From: a virus
Taxonomy: Duplodnaviria > Caudoviricetes
IMG/VR virus record: IMGVR_UViG_3300049893_001527
Span: 1-61,641 of that record
Length of the DNA stretch: 61,641 nt
Strand: one strand, 5' to 3'
Below are positions 28,190-37,637 of the stretch, one piece after another (the stretch's first letter is position 1; every line of letters starts with the position of its first letter). The notes beneath the pieces are model-generated. The model was not told where the DNA came from, made no database searches, and was given only the letters and a program-made list of their open reading frames with translations. The translations under genes were made by a program, and so were the position numbers.

Positions 28190-30096
28190 TGGCAGACCAA
28201 TCAGAACCACTAGAAAAAGCTGCGCCGCACATAGCGGCTTTCTTGGCTGCTGCCCAATTATTTACCGCCAAACCACACAAAACGGAACCGGCGGCTCCAA
28301 AAGTTGCAGCTACTAAGCAATCAGCTAAATCTACCCCCAAGCCCCTACCCTATGGGCCACACTTGCCGACTACTAACTCCGAGCGGGTAGCCCAGCCGTT
28401 CCCTGTATCCGCCGAACTGACCCAAGGCTTGCCGTCTGAAATGCATCCTATCATGCATTTGGAGTCCCGTAACGGACAAAACCAAAACCACGCTGTAGTA
28501 AATAATAATAAATGGCAAACAGCGCACGGACACCTAGGTTTTATGCCGTTTACCGCCCACGAACGTTATATGAAAAATCCGTCTATGCGGACAATGTTCC
28601 CGGGTTTGGAATCGGCAGATAAGTTTTATAAAACATTTACTACTAATGTTAATTTTTATAATACTTTAGCATATTTACATTGGGATTATTTAGGGAAGCG
28701 TTTAGGTAATAATTTGTCAAGAATGGCTTATGGTTGGCGTTTGGGCGAGGGGGCAGCTAAGAAAGCCGATGACCAAACAGCGCAATCCCATTCTTATGTA
28801 AAAGGATATCACGCCCATGCCCAAAATATTCAACCTCAACCAACGGTTACCAAACAAGCGCCTATTAAGAAATCTGAACCAATAGATGAATTTGCAGTTA
28901 AGTTTAAACAATGGATTTATAAAAAGCGCAAAAAGCTAAAGAAATCCGCTACTTACGATAATCTTATGGGTGATATTACGGATTTAGACCGTAAGATGGC
29001 CCGTAAGATGATTGGTAATGAAATATTAGATACACCAGAATTCAAGTCTGCTAGGTTTTTGGCTAAGGAATCCACCCCTAAAGCCAATCGCCTACAAGAC
29101 GCTTTGGCCATTTACGAACACAACCACATATTAGCTGCTTTGTATGCTTATGGGCTGCCTACCAACGATGAATTTGTGGCTAAAATTCAATCAATTATGC
29201 AATTGAGGGTAGGAGAACTAACTAAGGCTGCCGCCGAATACCAAGTCAAGCCCTTAAACATAGAATCCCGCGAAATCGCTGAATACCTACAAGAATCCTT
29301 TAATACTGGCCAATTTGAATCAGTACACTTAAAGGGTAAATATAATGAAGGTTCTATGATTGTAGTTAACAATAGAACACACAACAAATGGCTATTAAAG
29401 CCAGATCAACCACACAACTCGCCAGCTTCCGGGGTAGATCAAGAACCCATTGGGCAATCTCGTAGGGAAGTAATTAATTCCAAGGTAGCTGAACTATTAG
29501 GGATAGGGAATTTCGTAGTTAGTTCAGACTTGGTAGATATAAATGGAAAAGAATATGCTGCGATGGAATTCTTCAATTCCGATTATTCTGGTTTACACAC
29601 AAGAATGACCAATGGTGAAGATATAAAGAACATATTAGAGCCATATAGGGCCAGCGGGTTGTTATTTAAGTGGGCCTTTATGGATTATATATTAGGTAAT
29701 ACGGATCGGCACGGCATGAACGTAATGGCTGATTCTTACGGTAACATTAAATTAATAGACCATGGAAGTTCATTAGCTGGGGATGAATTTGACCCAGCCA
29801 ATGACCCTAATTCATTTATACCATATTATTTACGAGCATATTCCGTACACGACAACTTTAGGGATTTGTCACCACATGACCGTTATCACAGGTTCCCTAA
29901 AGGCAATTACCAATTAGAGCATGAATTCGCGCAATTTGTTCAAAGTGTAAGTGTGGAAGCTATTTGGCAAGTCCTACATAATTATGGGGCCAAAACCGAA
30001 GCCGTAACGCATCGCGTCAAAGAATTAAAGTCAATTCCACCAGAACACGTATTGAGTTATCTATTGGAAATATGGGCCGGTATAGTGGACCCGTAA
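28189..30096 (+). CDS. Lytic transglycosylase (SLT)-like domain plus PI3K/HipA-like kinase domain
   Basis: IMHLESR...AHGHLGFMPFTA...YL...AYGWRLGEG...SYV (SLT); WLLKP, RREV, DYILGNTDRHGMN, LIDHG (kinase). Confidence 0.72.
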   Translation: MADQSEPLEKAAPHIAAFLAAAQLFTAKPHKTEPAAPKVAATKQSAKSTPKPLPYGPHLPTTNSERVAQPFPVSAELTQGLPSEMHPIMHLESRNGQNQNHAVVNNNKWQTAHGHLGFMPFTAHERYMKNPSMRTMFPGLESADKFYKTFTTNVNFYNTLAYLHWDYLGKRLGNNLSRMAYGWRLGEGAAKKADDQTAQSHSYVKGYHAHAQNIQPQPTVTKQAPIKKSEPIDEFAVKFKQWIYKKRKKLKKSATYDNLMGDITDLDRKMARKMIGNEILDTPEFKSARFLAKESTPKANRLQDALAIYEHNHILAALYAYGLPTNDEFVAKIQSIMQLRVGELTKAAAEYQVKPLNIESREIAEYLQESFNTGQFESVHLKGKYNEGSMIVVNNRTHNKWLLKPDQPHNSPASGVDQEPIGQSRREVINSKVAELLGIGNFVVSSDLVDINGKEYAAMEFFNSDYSGLHTRMTNGEDIKNILEPYRASGLLFKWAFMDYILGNTDRHGMNVMADSYGNIKLIDHGSSLAGDEFDPANDPNSFIPYYLRAYSVHDNFRDLSPHDRYHRFPKGNYQLEHEFAQFVQSVSVEAIWQVLHNYGAKTEAVTHRVKELKSIPPEHVLSYLLEIWAGIVDP

Positions 30097-30120
30097 TCTA
30101 GCCGCTATAGGAGTAATATA

Positions 30121-30435
30121 ATGCACGTTGCATCTAATCAATTAAAATTTCAACCTAAAGCCATAGGCCAAATGGGCCCTAACGTTGTTTTGGAATCAGA
30201 AACCAAGGGGGGTTTGTTTATAGTATCTGCTGCTGGCAAGAATGGCCAACTACAAACATTAGGGGTTGGGCCGCATCGCGCGGTCGCAAGGTATATGGCC
30301 CAAAAGGACCATCCAGCAGTTAAGATAACTGAACTATCAAAGTCAGAAGTGTTGTCTAAGGCAGAAATTGAACAAATGTTGCCTAAAGCCTATGAGCTAT
30401 TGGCCAAAATAAAAGAAATAGAATCAAATGGCTAA
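30121..30435 (+). CDS. Hypothetical late protein
   Basis: Late motif plus TAGGAG RBS; LSKSE/LSKAE motifs. Confidence 0.65.
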   Translation: MHVASNQLKFQPKAIGQMGPNVVLESETKGGLFIVSAAGKNGQLQTLGVGPHRAVARYMAQKDHPAVKITELSKSEVLSKAEIEQMLPKAYELLAKIKEIESNG

Positions 30436-31261
30436 TAAAAATACCAAAGGTTACTTGCCCTTAATTGGGCCATTAGACAATGTGGCTTTCGATCACGAAG
30501 CCATAGATGATCTATTGCGTAGCCATGGTATTGAAGTTATACATTACAAAGCGATTAAATGTCCTATTGGGTTAAAAGAGCAATATTCCCCTAGAGGACA
30601 CGTAGACCACAACGATTGTTCCAATGGATTTATTTATAAAGTAGCTGGTGGAGTAACTATTCTATTTAGACAAAATTCAACTAGTGAATCCATAGGCAAT
30701 TTTGCCAACATAGCCAATGCTACCGTACAGGCTAGTTTCCCTAGGTTTTACGATGACTGCACGGATTTTAGCATTAATGAAGAAATAGTATTGCACAAAT
30801 ACGACCGTATTTATTTAAAGAATCCAGTTGGGTTTACGGTAACCACCCATTTATTTCAATCTAATAATACCGGGGTAGAGCGAATGGCTTACCCTATAAT
30901 GTGTGTTGAATACTTAGTGGATTATACCGGTAAGGAATACGTAGTTAACGAAGACTTCAACATAGTAAATGGCAATTTGCAATGGTTACCCAACAAACAA
31001 CCCGCTAGCGATTCTGATACTGGCCAAGGGGCGGTATTGTCAATTAGGTATCGGTATGTGCCATATTGGTATGTTGATTCTTTGCCACACGAAATCCGGG
31101 TGTCTCGTAAAATAAATCAAGTTACTGGTGAGTCCACCCTACACCGAATGCCGCAACAAGTTAACTTAGTAAGAGAACACGTATTTGAAAACGTACAATC
31201 TACAGGTGAATCTCCACGTAATATACCTTTGCCGGAATCCGGTGGATTTGGACCTAGATAA
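30428..31261 (+). CDS. Putative neck / head-closure protein
   Basis: CPIG...HNDCSNGF, YDRI.L, YSIRY-like and HEIR motifs seen in SPO1/Twort-type neck proteins; position. Confidence 0.6.
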   Translation: MANKNTKGYLPLIGPLDNVAFDHEAIDDLLRSHGIEVIHYKAIKCPIGLKEQYSPRGHVDHNDCSNGFIYKVAGGVTILFRQNSTSESIGNFANIANATVQASFPRFYDDCTDFSINEEIVLHKYDRIYLKNPVGFTVTTHLFQSNNTGVERMAYPIMCVEYLVDYTGKEYVVNEDFNIVNGNLQWLPNKQPASDSDTGQGAVLSIRYRYVPYWYVDSLPHEIRVSRKINQVTGESTLHRMPQQVNLVREHVFENVQSTGESPRNIPLPESGGFGPR

Positions 31262-31641
31262 TGGATGCGTTTCTGGTAAAGGTGGTGGGGGTGCATGGGT
31301 TTGACGCATTGCGTAAAGCTAGCGAACGTACTCCTTTATTAAAAACCATTATATTATCTAAAACTATAGTTAGTTGGCTAAAGTTGGCCCAAGAACAACG
31401 TTATGAAGGGCCAATACCGGGTTTGGAACAATCATTAATTAAATGTAATAAGGTTTTTAGTGGTAATATACCCATTATAGACTATGCGTTCGATAATATG
31501 GGATTATTACACACAGCAGCGGCTATAGGGGTAGCGTTTGGGGTAGAATTACCCACACTCAATCCATTAATTAAGAATGAAATACTAAACAAAATAGGCC
31601 AAGATATAGATTTATTAATAAAGGCTAATTTTAGGAAATAA
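31261..31641 (+). CDS. Hypothetical late protein
   Basis: Coupled ORF; LRKAS/LIKNE/LIKAN motifs. Confidence 0.6.
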   Translation: MDAFLVKVVGVHGFDALRKASERTPLLKTIILSKTIVSWLKLAQEQRYEGPIPGLEQSLIKCNKVFSGNIPIIDYAFDNMGLLHTAAAIGVAFGVELPTLNPLIKNEILNKIGQDIDLLIKANFRK

Positions 31642-31642
31642 T

Positions 31643-32086
31643 ATGCCAAATATAACAGCAAAATGGTTAGGCCACCCTATCGCAGACCCAAAACACCACG
31701 AAGAATTAGAACACAAAGCTGGTATAAAAGAATTCGAAGAAGGTTTGCCCCAAGAATCCGCGGAAACCGCTACCATGCATGAATACTTATTAGAGCAACA
31801 CTTAGATGGTGCTAGCCACCATATGTCACAATTAAGGGCTCATGCTAATCAAGGTAATAAGGCATTGGGCAATAACCATGAACGTATGTATAAATTACAT
31901 TTGGGCAAATTAGCCCAATTAGACCCACACGTTTATGGTAAGGCATTAAATAGTGGGGACACCCACCCAAACATTACGGCTAAGGTCAAAAATGACGCTA
32001 AAGCGTCTGACCGATACAATTCGCATAAATCCGACATATTATTATTTAATTATGGTGGCCCAAACGATTCCAGTAAAAAGCAATAA
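31643..32086 (+). CDS. Hypothetical His-rich protein
   Basis: 147 aa ORF with AGGA RBS. Confidence 0.6.
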   Translation: MPNITAKWLGHPIADPKHHEELEHKAGIKEFEEGLPQESAETATMHEYLLEQHLDGASHHMSQLRAHANQGNKALGNNHERMYKLHLGKLAQLDPHVYGKALNSGDTHPNITAKVKNDAKASDRYNSHKSDILLFNYGGPNDSSKKQ

Positions 32087-32103
32087 CCCCTAATCTTACG
32101 CAC

Positions 32104-32889
32104 ATGAACATTTTTGTATGTTGGGCCATGGACAGGTTAGCGGATAATGTTGACACTTATTTGGTAGGTGGCAATATTGACGCATTGCGTCAACAATCTC
32201 AAAACATGGAACGTTTTGGGCTAATGGTTAAGCAATGGGTTCAAGCCCACCATGGCAAAAATATATACCAAATGGGGGCCACCGGGGCATTTGAAATACC
32301 TAGTGACCGGGGCCACGAACTACGTAGTTTACACAACAAGTTTGACGAAATCATGCAATCTAACGGGTCTATGGGGGTAGGGTTGGAGCTACCGCAAGCG
32401 GCCCAAGCCTTGCATTACGCGGTGCGTCAAGGTGGTGGGACTATAGCCATGTTCGATGATTCCATGGTGGATGAACCCGAAACCACTAAGGAATCCGAAT
32501 TGTTGGGCTTAACTAAAGCACAAGGAGTGGAGGGGGTTAGAAATGAGGGCAGGGCTGCACCAACCCCTCCCCAACGTGGAAAACAAGAACCAGCCCCTAT
32601 GCCTTCTCCTGATGCTGGTCCAGCTAGTTTAGATCCAAGTGCTCCACCGGCAGAACAACCTGCGGGCCCTTCTGCCGGACCAGAGTCCCCTGAAATCGAA
32701 CCTAATCAACCAGAAGAATCTCCTAGAGAACAAGTAATGGCGGCATTAAAAGAAATAAAAGAAGCTGCGCCAATATTAGAACAAATAAAACAACAATCGC
32801 CAGAAACATATAAAGCGATAATGGATATAGTAGATGCCATGATAACTATGGCAGAGAAAATGTCTGGTGGCGAAAATGTCCCTGCTTAA
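32104..32889 (+). CDS. Degenerate mCpol (minimal CRISPR polymerase)-like domain plus Pro-rich linker and helical tail
   Basis: FVCWAMDRLAD resembles YxxxDGDxIG; WV...HGK.IYQMGATG resembles GG.vIf.GGD; SMGVG...QA.QAL.YA..QG resembles SiGiG....A..AL..AK..G; catalytic Asp residues missing. Confidence 0.55.
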   Translation: MNIFVCWAMDRLADNVDTYLVGGNIDALRQQSQNMERFGLMVKQWVQAHHGKNIYQMGATGAFEIPSDRGHELRSLHNKFDEIMQSNGSMGVGLELPQAAQALHYAVRQGGGTIAMFDDSMVDEPETTKESELLGLTKAQGVEGVRNEGRAAPTPPQRGKQEPAPMPSPDAGPASLDPSAPPAEQPAGPSAGPESPEIEPNQPEESPREQVMAALKEIKEAAPILEQIKQQSPETYKAIMDIVDAMITMAEKMSGGENVPA

Positions 32890-35800
32890 GCGTGTACGAG
32901 AATTAAGTAATTTATTAAAAACCGAAAAGGCAACCGAATACCCGGGTAATCCGGGGTCTACGGGGCACCGTTGGTTAACTAATGGTTTGCCTAAAAACGC
33001 CAATGGTCACCATGCTAATCCGGTGGCGACTAGTGCTAAAGGTGCAGTAGGTACTAATATACACAATAAATTGGGTAATATTAGACGTTTTTTGTCACCT
33101 AATGGTGAGCTTGTAACTACCACTAAGCAATCTGGCGTATTGGGGCCTAACGGCAATATAATAAAGCAACCCAAATTAATCAAAGCCGAAGGTGATCCGG
33201 TAGATGAAGGACAACCACAACCACAACAACAAGGAAAACCAAAAAGAAAGCCCGGCACGGGCGCGCTTTTACCAGTTAGTGATAAGTTGCGTAGAAACGT
33301 TAAAGCTTGGATGCGTAAGAATGGGTTATATATTGATTTAACGCCAGACCAAATCAGGGCAATTCAAAGGGCTGGTGGGGCTCCTATAGTAGCTCAAATG
33401 GCCAACGATCCAACTAAACACAAACAAACGGGCACTAGGCATTGGTGGACCGTTGTTGCGCCCAAAGATAAGATAGAGCAAGTTAGAGAAACATTGAAAC
33501 AATTAAGTCCTACTGTTTCTACGAATTATAGGGGCATAGAGGTTAATCCCGATTTTCCTGTTTTAATTGATGGTGCCGCAGTAGCAACAGACAAAAAAAA
33601 CACAGCAACATATGGTAATTACGTTTTGGGTCCAGACGGGACACCTATAGTTTCGGGTTCACCAGAACAAAGAGTATTTGACAATAATGGCAATTTAAAT
33701 AGACACTCTACGCATTTCAATTGGGATGATTTGGATTATTATTGGAAAAATGGTCGCACTCCTTTAACGCCAGAAGTAATTAAAGAAGGTAAAGTACCTA
33801 ATTTGCCAAAAAGTAAAACAATAGAAGAATCCGATACTTTAGGACCAGAAAACCGTAAAGCTTTAAAGGAGTTTTATATAAATTTACGGGATAAAATACC
33901 AGAACAGGGGCATGAACAGGTAATAGACCAAGTTAATGCCGGGGAAGCCTTAGAGGATGTATTAGAAGGTCATGCTAAACATTTAATTGGTCAACTTGAT
34001 CCAGACTGGCACGCAACCAAGTTATTAGCAAGAGATATAGCGCATGAGCTTCATACTAGAACTCAAAAAGTTTTAGGTTGGGACAAAAAGCCCGAAATCC
34101 CTAAAACCGAAGAACATATTAAAGAGATGTTTCCTTTACGCAAGGAACCTATTACAGAGGAACATTTAAGGGATTTGGATACTATTCCGGGTGGAGTAAA
34201 TAATTACTTTTTGGCTTATGCTAATTCCAAAGGATATAATCCAGAAACGGCTGATTCAGAAAAGCTTGTTCCAGTAAGTCCTTTAACTATTAAAACTAGC
34301 CATAAAGATCCGTCTAAGTTAACTGAATTGGATGCTACGCACTCGGTTGAAAAGTACCAAGGTGATGACAAACATAACCTAAAGGTGCGTAGATTTGACC
34401 ATAGTGATTTATTGTCTCCCGATTTGCGCCAAAAGTTTTATTTGTTTGTGGATGACGTTAAAATAGATGAAAGGGGTGGGAAAGAGCGTTTAAAGAGAGT
34501 TTTCCCACAACGATTAGACGAATTGCCATTGCGTTCTGGCAAAAAATGGTCTAATATATTGGAAAGTAAAGCCCAACCTAATCAAAGGGCTGCCGCCAAG
34601 GTGTTTGTGCGTTTAATACCTAAAGATCCAAATAATCCATATTTACCATTTGAGAAACCATATTGGGCATGGGGGGTAGATGACGACACCCACGTTCCGG
34701 GTGGTGGAGCTATTAATGCCGTAGCTAATTTATCTACGATTAGCCATCCGGGTTGGACGGGGTTTAGTAATCACCAATCCCCATCATTTGACCAACAACA
34801 ATCCCAAGTAGATCGTATTACTAGACGATTATCGGCTGGTCATGGGATAATACATCCTTATGGGCAAGCCTATACTGATAGACATTACGCTAAGGCTGGT
34901 GCAGACGAGGCTGTAAAGCATTATGGTGGACACGGTTATTCCGGTACAATAGATATGCCGGGTCGTTCAGTTAATCCAATTGACATAAAGTTGGATCCTA
35001 GTCTAAAGGACCAACCAGCCATGGCCAATGGGTTTGATTTTGAAAAAGCAATGATGATTGCTTTGTTGCGGCACTCTAAGCACCAATTACGTATTACGAA
35101 ATTATCACCCGGCGCGCATAGGGATTCGCACTTTAAATTATATAGGGACTTGGCAGAACATTTTTCAATGCCTGCTTCTGGTGGCCAACGTGGTACATTA
35201 ATAACAGAAAAACCAAAAGAGCCAGAATACGTACCATATACCGAAGAACATCACCAACAAGCAATGGCAGAACACGAAGCCGTTAGGCCAGACATTTCTT
35301 TGGAAGATACTGAATACGCACTAAATCAAGCACGTTCAGAAAACTGGGATCCAGAAGATATAAAAAACTTAGAAGAAACACATAAGCAAGTATTGGCACA
35401 CCATGAACAAGGTCTTGAGCTAGAAAAACGTTGGAAAGAATCACAAAAGAATGGTGGTAAAATATTATTACAAGGTGGCAGTCCGCAACCTAGCCCCGAT
35501 ATGTCTCCCGAAGAATTAGAATATATTAGTAGTTTGCCAATGCATTTCCCGGGTACAATATATTTGACTAAAGGAATAGAACACGAAGGCGTTAAATCAA
35601 ATAATTTGTTTGGGTCAGTACAGGAATCGACTGGCGTTAGTAGAGGTAAGTCGCCTACAAAGAAAGATACTGGTGGTTCTGTAGAATCTCGAATGTCCAT
35701 TTTGGATCCTTTGGTGGCCGATGAATTGGGAAGATTGGAAACCAATAATACTGGTGAATCAAATGATGCCTATAGAATTAGACAAGGTAATATAAGAGAA

Positions 35801-36070
35801 CAAACAAAATACGCTGAAAAATTACAAAGTTCGGTAGTGGAAATCCAAAAACAACCTAAACCTGCGCCGGTTACTGCCAAACCAGTAGAACGTAAACCGG
35901 GGGAATCTACGATTCCAAAACCAACAATTACGCCTGCACCTCCAACAAACAATAATGGTAATGGTGGTGGAGCGGTGGATCCAAAGAATCCAACCAAAAA
36001 GTCAGAAATCTGGTTTAGATTAGATTCAGCGATAGAGAAACTAGAAAAATCTAGGGGTAAACTTGGGTAA
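32867..36070 (+). CDS. Large (1067 aa) putative internal head / cargo protein
   Basis: Long ORF; LIKAE, LTKG, LEKS motifs bracket a central globular region; low-complexity ends. Confidence 0.7.
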   Translation: MAKMSLLKRVRELSNLLKTEKATEYPGNPGSTGHRWLTNGLPKNANGHHANPVATSAKGAVGTNIHNKLGNIRRFLSPNGELVTTTKQSGVLGPNGNIIKQPKLIKAEGDPVDEGQPQPQQQGKPKRKPGTGALLPVSDKLRRNVKAWMRKNGLYIDLTPDQIRAIQRAGGAPIVAQMANDPTKHKQTGTRHWWTVVAPKDKIEQVRETLKQLSPTVSTNYRGIEVNPDFPVLIDGAAVATDKKNTATYGNYVLGPDGTPIVSGSPEQRVFDNNGNLNRHSTHFNWDDLDYYWKNGRTPLTPEVIKEGKVPNLPKSKTIEESDTLGPENRKALKEFYINLRDKIPEQGHEQVIDQVNAGEALEDVLEGHAKHLIGQLDPDWHATKLLARDIAHELHTRTQKVLGWDKKPEIPKTEEHIKEMFPLRKEPITEEHLRDLDTIPGGVNNYFLAYANSKGYNPETADSEKLVPVSPLTIKTSHKDPSKLTELDATHSVEKYQGDDKHNLKVRRFDHSDLLSPDLRQKFYLFVDDVKIDERGGKERLKRVFPQRLDELPLRSGKKWSNILESKAQPNQRAAAKVFVRLIPKDPNNPYLPFEKPYWAWGVDDDTHVPGGGAINAVANLSTISHPGWTGFSNHQSPSFDQQQSQVDRITRRLSAGHGIIHPYGQAYTDRHYAKAGADEAVKHYGGHGYSGTIDMPGRSVNPIDIKLDPSLKDQPAMANGFDFEKAMMIALLRHSKHQLRITKLSPGAHRDSHFKLYRDLAEHFSMPASGGQRGTLITEKPKEPEYVPYTEEHHQQAMAEHEAVRPDISLEDTEYALNQARSENWDPEDIKNLEETHKQVLAHHEQGLELEKRWKESQKNGGKILLQGGSPQPSPDMSPEELEYISSLPMHFPGTIYLTKGIEHEGVKSNNLFGSVQESTGVSRGKSPTKKDTGGSVESRMSILDPLVADELGRLETNNTGESNDAYRIRQGNIREQTKYAEKLQSSVVEIQKQPKPAPVTAKPVERKPGESTIPKPTITPAPPTNNNGNGGGAVDPKNPTKKSEIWFRLDSAIEKLEKSRGKLG

Positions 36071-36350
36071 ACTGGCTTTAGCTATAGTAGGTTCTTGTTT
36101 AAACTTAATAGATGCTTTAGCTACACTTTACCTATTAAAATCAAATCAAGCCACGGAACTTAACCCGTGGCTTGATTTTTTATATAATATAAGTCCAGGT
36201 TTATTTTTGTTTTATAAGGTATTTGCTGTTGGATTGTTTGTTTTATTATCACAAATAAATAACAAATTAGCTAATTATGGGTTATGGGCGGGGGTATTAC
36301 TATATTTAGGGGTAGACTTATACCATTATTCTTCTTTTAACCATCTATAA
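36063..36350 (+). CDS. DUF5658-like small membrane protein
   Basis: LNLIDALAT...ATELNP...F..YK pattern, three TM segments. Confidence 0.6.
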   Translation: MGKLALAIVGSCLNLIDALATLYLLKSNQATELNPWLDFLYNISPGLFLFYKVFAVGLFVLLSQINNKLANYGLWAGVLLYLGVDLYHYSSFNHL

Positions 36351-36610
36351 CTAGTAGCTAATACATCTAATAAATCTTCTGGTAGGACACGCATGGGTGA
36401 TTTAGTGTTATATTTTTGGGTTTCTTCTTCTAACAAGGCAACCACTTTGTTTGCTACAGACCTAATCCAATCTACTTTGGGCCCTTCCGGGGTTTCCCCG
36501 GCCATGATGGCTTTTAGCAGTTTAGCGCGTTCGTCTTTGGAAATAGTAATGGATGTATGTAACGCTTGGGTGATTTTGTAGAAATCATACGATATTTGTT
36601 CTGGTGTCAT
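36326..36610 (-). CDS. Hypothetical protein (inverted)
   Basis: 94 aa ATG ORF filling the gap before the next late gene. Confidence 0.5.
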   Translation of the reverse strand: MTPEQISYDFYKITQALHTSITISKDERAKLLKAIMAGETPEGPKVDWIRSVANKVVALLEEETQKYNTKSPMRVLPEDLLDVLATSYRWLKEE

Positions 36611-36636
36611 TGACTAAAACCCCTAATCTTTCTAAC

Positions 36637-37626
36637 ATGATAGTTCAGACCGTCACACATGGGATTTTCCAGTCAGATATAGTTATTAGGTCTGCTATCG
36701 TGCAGGGTTTGGCATATTTGCGCGAATCCCCATGGTTGTTAGATTACGTGTTTGCGTATTTGCCACATGATGATTTGACTAGTAATTCTTGGGGGTTAGA
36801 AGAACTTAATAAAGCCAAAGAATGGTTTTTGCGAACCCAAATCCAAGTTCGATTAGGGTTTGATTCAGCAGAACCGCCCCGTACCCCTACAGTAGTAATA
36901 GTATTAGACGATTCTAGTGAAGCCGCGACTACTTTAGGGGATGTTTCAGCCCAAGGGGTAGAAGAAACCACAGATTTCTATGACTATGTTATCAAACCTA
37001 ATATAATATTAGGACCATTTACTCCAAAATCCTTTGATTCTACTACTGGTTTAGTGGTTTTACCAGACGACTTAGACACTACCAACATACATGAATCAAT
37101 GTATTTGATGGATAATGTAAATAAAGTAGCTTATTCTATTAATACAGTTGACATAGGACAAGAATTCTATATAGATGAAGATGTAAGGGCGAATTTTACT
37201 AACGCAACCATTATTTCTCAGAATTCCCTACATAAAGTGCAATTGGAATCCCTAGTAGAACGAGAAGTCTACCGTTTGGAGCTATTTTGCTCTAGTTCTA
37301 CGACTAATTTGATTTATTTGCATTCTATTATTAAGTTTATCCTATTACGTTATAGACAATCGCTGTTGGAAAAGCGTGGATTTGAGCGTAGTAACTTTTA
37401 TTCAACTGGTTTGCGTCTATTTAGGGATGACTTACCGGAAATTATATATACTAGGTCTATTGTTTTGGCTGGTTATGTCGTACAATATTGGCCAAAAGAA
37501 GTAACTGGCATGATAGACGGCTTACATATTGGGACTTTCAAAATCAAAGACGGTCCAGCGTCCCCGGATGCCTTGGAAACACAAATAGTTGACCAAGGTT
37601 GGGAAATGGAAAACGATTCTTGGTAA
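36637..37626 (+). CDS. Putative tail terminator / tail completion protein
   Basis: Position before the sheath; P.V.I.L...SE, ..IY.R.I.L pattern; ATG 36637 lies 12 nt after AATCT. Confidence 0.55.
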   Translation: MIVQTVTHGIFQSDIVIRSAIVQGLAYLRESPWLLDYVFAYLPHDDLTSNSWGLEELNKAKEWFLRTQIQVRLGFDSAEPPRTPTVVIVLDDSSEAATTLGDVSAQGVEETTDFYDYVIKPNIILGPFTPKSFDSTTGLVVLPDDLDTTNIHESMYLMDNVNKVAYSINTVDIGQEFYIDEDVRANFTNATIISQNSLHKVQLESLVEREVYRLELFCSSSTTNLIYLHSIIKFILLRYRQSLLEKRGFERSNFYSTGLRLFRDDLPEIIYTRSIVLAGYVVQYWPKEVTGMIDGLHIGTFKIKDGPASPDALETQIVDQGWEMENDSW

Positions 37627-37637
37627 AGGTAATCTAA

